Shown here piece after piece: positions 57,723 to 64,000 of a DNA stretch of 64,000 bases. Within the stretch, counting starts at the first letter, position 1. The number at the start of each line of letters is the position of its first letter. Origin of the DNA: Anthoceros angustus (taxonomy: Eukaryota > Plantae > Anthocerotophyta); assembly GCA_010909165.1 (NCBI GenBank), contig MU008168.1, positions 1,488,001-1,552,000 on the forward strand. Reading direction: 5' to 3'. The position numbers and the translations under genes were made by a program. The notes beneath the pieces were generated by a model. It saw only the letters and a list, made by a program, of their open reading frames with translations, did no database searches and was not told where the DNA came from.

Positions 57723-60700
57723 ATGGTGAGCAGCGTCTTTGGCGGGGCTGCGAACTTGAGCGGGTTGGTGCGGGATCTGGCGTGTTTCTGCTGCGCTCAG
57801 TTGTGTTGCGCTATGTGCACCTCGGAATTCCCCTTGGCTGATGTCTTTCCAGCGGTGGGGAGAAGTGTAGCAACCGCCTGCTTGTACAGGGACTTGGCAA
57901 GCGGAGTTTGGAGTCGAGGGGAGGAGAACTGTAGCGGGGCAGAGGGTGGGAAATCGGTCTCCAAAATTGGTGCCGGGGAGTGTGATATGGGCCGGGATGT
58001 TATGCTGAGCCGTGACGATTCCGGTGGCGGAGCGGAGCAGTCGAAGGAGTGTAGATGGGGGAGTTGTGGAGTTGAGGGCACAGGCAAGGAAGGAGTGAGG
58101 GAATTGAGGCAGGCATTACGGCGCGATGGGCCTGCATGTGCTGCTGCGGGTGCAGATTATGTACAGAGGAGAGTACAGGAAGAGGGGAAATGCTCAGTTT
58201 TGCATCAGAATGTGGAGTTTAAGCGTGTGAAAGATCAATGCACTTATACTTGGAGAAGGCAGAAGGGGGAGGTTTTTTGTGTGCTTGGGGCATTCACCAT
58301 GCTCCTTGCTGCTGCGCTGGTGGTATATTGTCGCGACCCAGCCCGCAGCATTGCTCTTGCAATGGTGGGGGTGTTAGCAACGTCCTCTTGTGTAGCTCTC
58401 ATTATCTGTCTCTGCTTGGACTACGATGGCAGCCAAAGGCTGTGCAGAACCGTGTCTCCCGTTCTTTTTGCCATGCCAGCTGTTACGGCACTGGGGCCTA
58501 TGTTATCCTGCAAACTGATGGGTTCTACTGGTTGTGTCTCCAGTCAACCTCGCGACTTACTGCTCATGATCGGGTTGCCGTGTCTTCTATCATCTGCTCC
58601 CGTTATGGCATGGCAAGCTGCCTTTTCCCTGTCTCTGCTCATTCCCACCTCATTTCTGCTGCTCTGTTCGTGGGAAGGCCACAGCTCGGGAGTCCTTCCT
58701 CCCGACCATCTGGCTTCCGTCTACATAATTGCTGGTTTCTCTATGCTGGCAATATGCCCTCTTATACTGCTGAGGAACCGGGCCGAGAAGGAACTATTTG
58801 CAGCATTTGAAGCCACGGAGGCCTATATGGGAAAGATAGTTGCCCAGCAACAGGAGGCGCAGAGTGCAGTCCAGCAAATGACAAAGGTGCTGGATGATAT
58901 CAACAGAGACAACTCGGACAAAGTTAGTAAGATGCGACAGTTCATAAGCTATATATTTCATGAGATTAGAGGTACGGAAATGGCCCTCATCCATCTTGAT
59001 TTAGATCTGTCTACCAACCTCTCTTTGGGTGCCTAGCCTGGTTGTCCGATCCTGTGCATTAATCAAACTACACCCCTGTGCTGGTTGCAGTGCCATTCAA
59101 TGCGGTGGTTCTGGGCATAGGCCACATGCTAGCAGGGAACATTTCAGAAGAGCAGCGAGAAATTCTGAAGATGATGGACTCTTCGTCGTCCTCTATGATT
59201 CGCATTCTGAACGATGTCCTTGACATGGGTCAGCACAGGGTTGCAAACTTATATGAATTCTCCATATTCTCGTCCAGCTCTGGATGCTCTTCTGATGGTA
59301 ACAATGGCTGCAGGTAAAATTGAAGCTGGAAAGCTCCACTTGGAAAAGCAGCCTTTCAACATGGGAGAGCTAGTAAGCTCCATAGTGTGGTCTTTTCAAG
59401 ATACTTTTGACTCTAAGGGAATTCAGTTCAGTTTGTCCGTGGATGACGAAACTCGTGAACGACTATCAAGTTGGGATGTGCTGGGTGACAAGCATCGTGT
59501 TGGACAGGTACTCCTCCTCTAGCCTGTGCTTCTTGTGGATGTGCACGCTGTTCTAGCAGGTTCTCTGCTCAGTGTGAAGTAAACCAGTCCTTCTGTTGGT
59601 GATAAGTCTTTCTGTCTATGCCTCAGGTGGTTGCCAACTACCTATCAAATGCAGCGAAGTTCACTCCACGTGGGGGGAAGGTCTGTCTTCGTGTTAATTG
59701 CAACAGCTTAAGCACGCAACCACATTCTGGGTTGACAGAGGGAGTGGTGATGGACCTGTCAAATCTGCATTCCCAAGGGGACTGCTCTGCGACCGAGGTT
59801 CATGAGGGTGGGCCAAGGCAACCGGAGGCATGCATACAGCAAACAGTTGACAGATCCGCAACGATTGTGAGAGTCACAATATCTGTAGAGGACACTGGGA
59901 TTGGCATAAGTAAAGAAGATCAGAAAAGACTCTTTGAGCCGTATATGCAGATTCATGCTACTTCCTCCCAAGCTGGTGGCGGAACAGGTCTTGGCCTATG
60001 CTTCTCTAAAAGGTAAGCTTGTCCCAAAGTCCATGTACATAGAATGTCCACTGCACAGTATGGTGTTTATTACGGGTTACTACCGGGTCTAACACCCGTG
60101 CTCGTGTTGCAGAATCGTAGAGCTTTCTGGAGGTACTATTGGAGTTCATTCCGAAGTAGGTAGGGGAAGCACATTCTTGTGCACTATTCCGCTGGAGTTG
60201 GTCTCACCGTCATCGACTGATACTGCAGCACATGGCAGTGGGCGTCATACCAGCAGGAGCACTTTCGATCTGTCTAGTAGGTTTGTGGGTGGAAGGTCAA
60301 TGCACCGATGTAGCTCAGGTCATTCCTTAACTGCCTCTCTGGAAGACCGAACCCCCAAAGTCCTTATTGTGGAGGACAATCAAGTCAATCGCCGGATACT
60401 GCATAAACTCCTATCTAGCTTCAACGTGGACAGTGAGACTGCGGAGAACGGTGAGCAGGCTCTGGAACTGTGTAGGAATGGAGTGAGATACGACATGATT
60501 CTGATTGACAAGGAAATGCCAGTCATGGATGGTCATGAGGTGAGATTCAATTTCTGCCCCTGCTTCCGTCTGTAATGCTGTCATGCACATGCTGGGATGC
60601 TTTCGTTCTTGCATCTGTATGTGTGCTCTGAGGGAGGATGCCCTAACCTTTGTTCATGGTGACTACAGGCCACTCGTCAGCTTCGTGCCATGGGGATCAC

Positions 60701-60941
60701 AACACCAATAATCGGACTGACTGGAAACGCTCTGGAAAGTGATCGAAATCAGTTTCTGGCAGCTGGAGTGGATGATTTTTTCACGAAACCTCTCTCTCGA
60801 CATCAGTTGGTAAAGCTGCTGGAGGCATATGGCTTAATGTCCAGGTCAAGGCCCAGTGAAGGGCCTGCTTATAAGGAACAAAAAGCTGCTCTAACCAAGT
60901 CACAAACGCCTTTAGCTTCCAGTCAAGAAGCTACAACCTGA
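57723..60941 (+). CDS. Membrane-bound hybrid histidine kinase (multi-TM N-terminus, HisKA, HATPase, receiver), multi-exon; start codon uncertain
   Basis: H-box FISYIFHEIR|VP, LNDVLD..KIEAGKL, N-box NYLSNAAKFTP, G1 DTGIGIS, G2 GGTGLGL, and receiver VLIVEDNQVN...LIDKEMPVMDG...LTGNA...FFTKP. About six hydrophobic segments lie upstream. Confidence 0.9.
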
Positions 60942-61949
60942 CCTTGCTGAAGAGGACGAATGATGGAGGGGCTATGGAAGTGGGAAGCAGATTTTAACTC
61001 GGCAGGGAAATCTCCTGACGTCTAGCTGAGCCTCCAGACGACCGAAGCTTGACCATGGTCAATCAAGCACGTTCCCTTCAGGTCAGTTTTTCTACTCTAG
61101 CATACTCTCTTGCAGGCTCCTTGCCCATTCTGTTCCAACCTTGGTTTGACAACCATTCGGCCCCATGCAGGAGCAGATGATTCACATGGAATTCATTTTT
61201 GGTACCAACTCTCTGGAAAAGGGTGGATGGCATAAACTGGCCAGGGGAGGATGGGGAGGGGAACCATAATTGCTGCTCCTTCCGGAAAGCAGACCTAGAT
61301 TCAATAAAACTAGCCAGCATTATGTCCGCTGCCCCTAAAAGTTCCTACAAGAATTGGCATGCCACTCTCCGATTCTAATGTCAGGTACAATAAAAGGCCT
61401 ATTCGAATTGGCCACGATGTGGATGGGAGATGGGGATGGATTAGATTACACTTCTCACCTTCCCGAAGGGTGGATGCACTGCAAGCGACACACGACACAG
61501 AACAAAAGCAAAGTTTCTCGCGAATGTCAGACGCGCTAATGGAGATCATGTTGCGGCTCAGCAGTTGGTCGACCTTAGGATACATTGCGCCAGGCCTTTC
61601 CGGTTTGAATCACCCCTAGGCTTATCAAACCCCATATGGACCGACAATGTTATGTTCTGAGAAATCTTGGTACTGGAAATTCAAAAACAAAAAGGCGTAT
61701 AGGCTTCCTTTTCGCCCATTGGTCGAAATAGATACTTGAATGTTGAGATATGGCATGAAATGGAGCAATGGAGATTTTATTAAAAAGAAGAGATGGGAAA
61801 ACCCATTACTCCAAACCGAGGGGTACAACCCATTAAAGGGCCCAAAGCCATGGGGGCTAGCTCCCACGAATGCCAACCCCGAAGCTACCTACCGCCCCGA
61901 TCATGTCGTGGTCCGAAATAAGAAAAGGCCTACCTACAATTGGTGCCTT

Positions 61950-64000
61950 CATCCCCCTTGCCATTAAGACGGGGCTATGAGCAAGTATTTTTCCCGGCTC
62001 ATCAGCACCCTCTACAAGGCGATGGATACTCACTGTCAAAAAGAAGCCACCACCGAGGAAAGAGGGAGACCCACCCCGTTCGGACAACTGTGGTGTGGCC
62101 ATCCTGCAAAGGTGTGTACTTGTGTACCTTGGCAGTCGTGCATCTCTCCGCTGCCCAGCCTAGAGGGTTGATAATGACATACTCACGAATAGAGTTCCAA
62201 GTAGGGTCCATTACGACAACATCCGCAACAAAGATTTGGTTCCCCCAAGTCAGAAATAGATCTGCCATGACTGACACCCCATTTCGCAAGGTATATGGAC
62301 GCTGCCTCTATGGAAAATAACTTCTCTCCTTGGCCTTCAAGAACGTGACGTCGCGAACAATGTCATGCGTAGCGATACATTGCCCTCCAACTGGACAGCG
62401 AGCCAGGTGGGACACTTAGTCGTCGAGGGGGGCCCCACAACTACAGGCTGAGAGAAAATAGGCCACAAGCTGGACCAAACCCAGGCGGAACCTCATCGCA
62501 GTAGAAAAAGAAGCTAGTGCGATTCGGAACACTTGGATGCAAGGCCGAGCCATAAGCTAAGAGCATGCTCCCTTCCCGAGCAAGAGCGGATGCGGGCACG
62601 AACAGGACGCGGAATAGTAGAGTCCAAAAGGATTGCCCCCTATGCCCGCTCGTATTGCTTCTCCTGGAGAAAGGCCTGAAGGCCACATGGCCCTTCCACG
62701 GAAATCGAGGAAAAGGGAGGCATGGCCGCCTTAGCCTCAGAGGAAAGGGAATCTGGCCAACTTAAGGGAAGCCTGCAAAGGGAAGGCCCCCTCCTCAACA
62801 CCCGAGGTGAAGGCCTCCAAGATGAAAACATCTCGGATTAAGAAACGAGCGGTGAAGGAGGGAGCAGAAAGGGCCCAGCTCCCAAAGAAAGCCGTCGGCG
62901 CTGAGGCCTCCATGGTCAGCAAACCTGTGCCCCCAAAAACAATAGGGAGGGATGCCTGCTGCTGAGCATGGCCCCTTTGCGACACACTCGAAGGTCCCCG
63001 GTCCGATAATGTCTCCAAGTGCCTGCATAATCTGTAGATCAAAATTCTGCAAGCCCAATAGAAAAATTGGGGAGGGAGCCACTATTCTAGTGAGATAACC
63101 CGGCTGACGCGCGAAGCAAGACGAAAGGATGCCAAATGCCACTTGAGGGTCCCTTAATAGAGATAGGTCGCCGATGTGGGCCAAGTCCTCCTTCAAAGCC
63201 TCATCCACAAAACCTTGAGTATAGGCCGGAGATCCTACGGGGACCTCCAGGACGCGAAGTCATTGTGAAGGAACTATGTCCCCCTAGGAAATTGAAGAGA
63301 GGGAGTAATGCTAGACGGGGATCAAACCTTGCACTTTAGAATCTTGACCCTCAAATCCAGGCGGAAGAGCTCTGACGAGAAGAGTGCGAAAGCTTCCCTG
63401 ACCTTGCCTCCAGGTCCTAAGATATGAGTGTCATCCGCCAGAGATGCAAAGAGATACTCTCGACCGCATCGGCCCAGCTCAAGTGTGCAGCAAAGAGGCA
63501 CCCCAAGGGATCCTCGTTCATGTTGTTGAGTCCAAAGACAAAGAACACTTTCCTTATATGGTCCGTGCTGAAAGTAGAGGGTAGACGGGGAACCATAGAA
63601 AGAGCGGACGAAAGGAATAAGCCCCGTCTACCCTCTACTTTCAGCACGGACCATATAAGGAAAGTGTTACTGTGCTGGACTCGGCAACCGGCAAGTCTTA
63701 AGACTTGCCAGGTGCACACCTGCATCCTTGAGCTCTGTAAAAATTGCCGTTCTAGAGGCCGTGTTGACGTCCACCTTTAACTCAATCTTGATGTGACTCC
63801 AAAACCACCGCGATACCAAATGCGGCCGACTCGCAATCCCCTGGAGTGGCTATCCCAAATTGGTGGGGATAAAGATGTACCTGGAAATGCTCTCGAAGTT
63901 GGATAGCAACGCTATGACTTATGAGGCATACGAATGCCTCCCCAACGGTAATAGAGTGCACCCCAAGCATGGGCTTCTTCATAGTCGAACTGCTCCCAAC
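61950..64000 (-). mobile_element. Degenerate CRE-like non-LTR retrotransposon (RT, C-terminal zinc finger, restriction-like endonuclease); extends beyond the window
   Basis: ITVGEAF, HQFGIATPGDCES, LIPFVRSFYG, DPLGCLF, SLADDTHILG, QASLPIVFGGTG, CSCG..D...HL.RC..GG....HDIVRD, DLFL...ADVVVMDP...AKVHKY. Multiple stops and frameshifts. Confidence 0.75.
63544..63668. repeat. Perfect 47-bp inverted repeat with a 31-nt spacer
   Basis: 63544-63590 is the exact reverse complement of 63622-63668. Imperfect pairing extends ~20 bp further out. Confidence 0.95.

Noticed and set aside
61350-61620. Possible structured RNA or ribozyme downstream of the LINE
   Set aside because: No convincing HDV/hammerhead or snRNA pattern could be folded by eye.

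Overview
Nuclear genomic DNA from a seed-free land plant, most likely a hornwort. This is inferred from DYW:KP-type PPR proteins ending in -GRP, compact gene spacing and short introns. The left half (917-30107) is one Ty3/gypsy LTR retrotransposon on the minus strand. Its boundaries are all visible: a 5-bp TSD CCTAC, TGTGG...CCACA termini, a PPT and a tRNA-Asp-like PBS. Its LTRs are about 10 kb as assembled, appear to carry their own long coiled-coil ORF, and are full of internal 'stutter' duplications and small deletions that may be partly assembly artefact. The right half is gene-rich. It holds a thaumatin-like gene, glutamine-dependent NAD+ synthetase, and a tandem array of three PLS-PPR-E-DYW:KP(GRP) genes (candidate U-to-C RNA editors). 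It also holds a P-class PPR-SMR gene, a 2-Cys peroxiredoxin missed by the ORF track, a multi-TM hybrid histidine kinase, and a degenerate CRE-like non-LTR retrotransposon containing a perfect 47-bp hairpin. The most striking observation is that each DYW:KP editing factor carries an N-terminal motif matching the ssDNA-binding 'PDF' motif of plant OSB proteins, a fusion I do not know to be described. All family assignments are from motif recognition by eye; no database searches were run.
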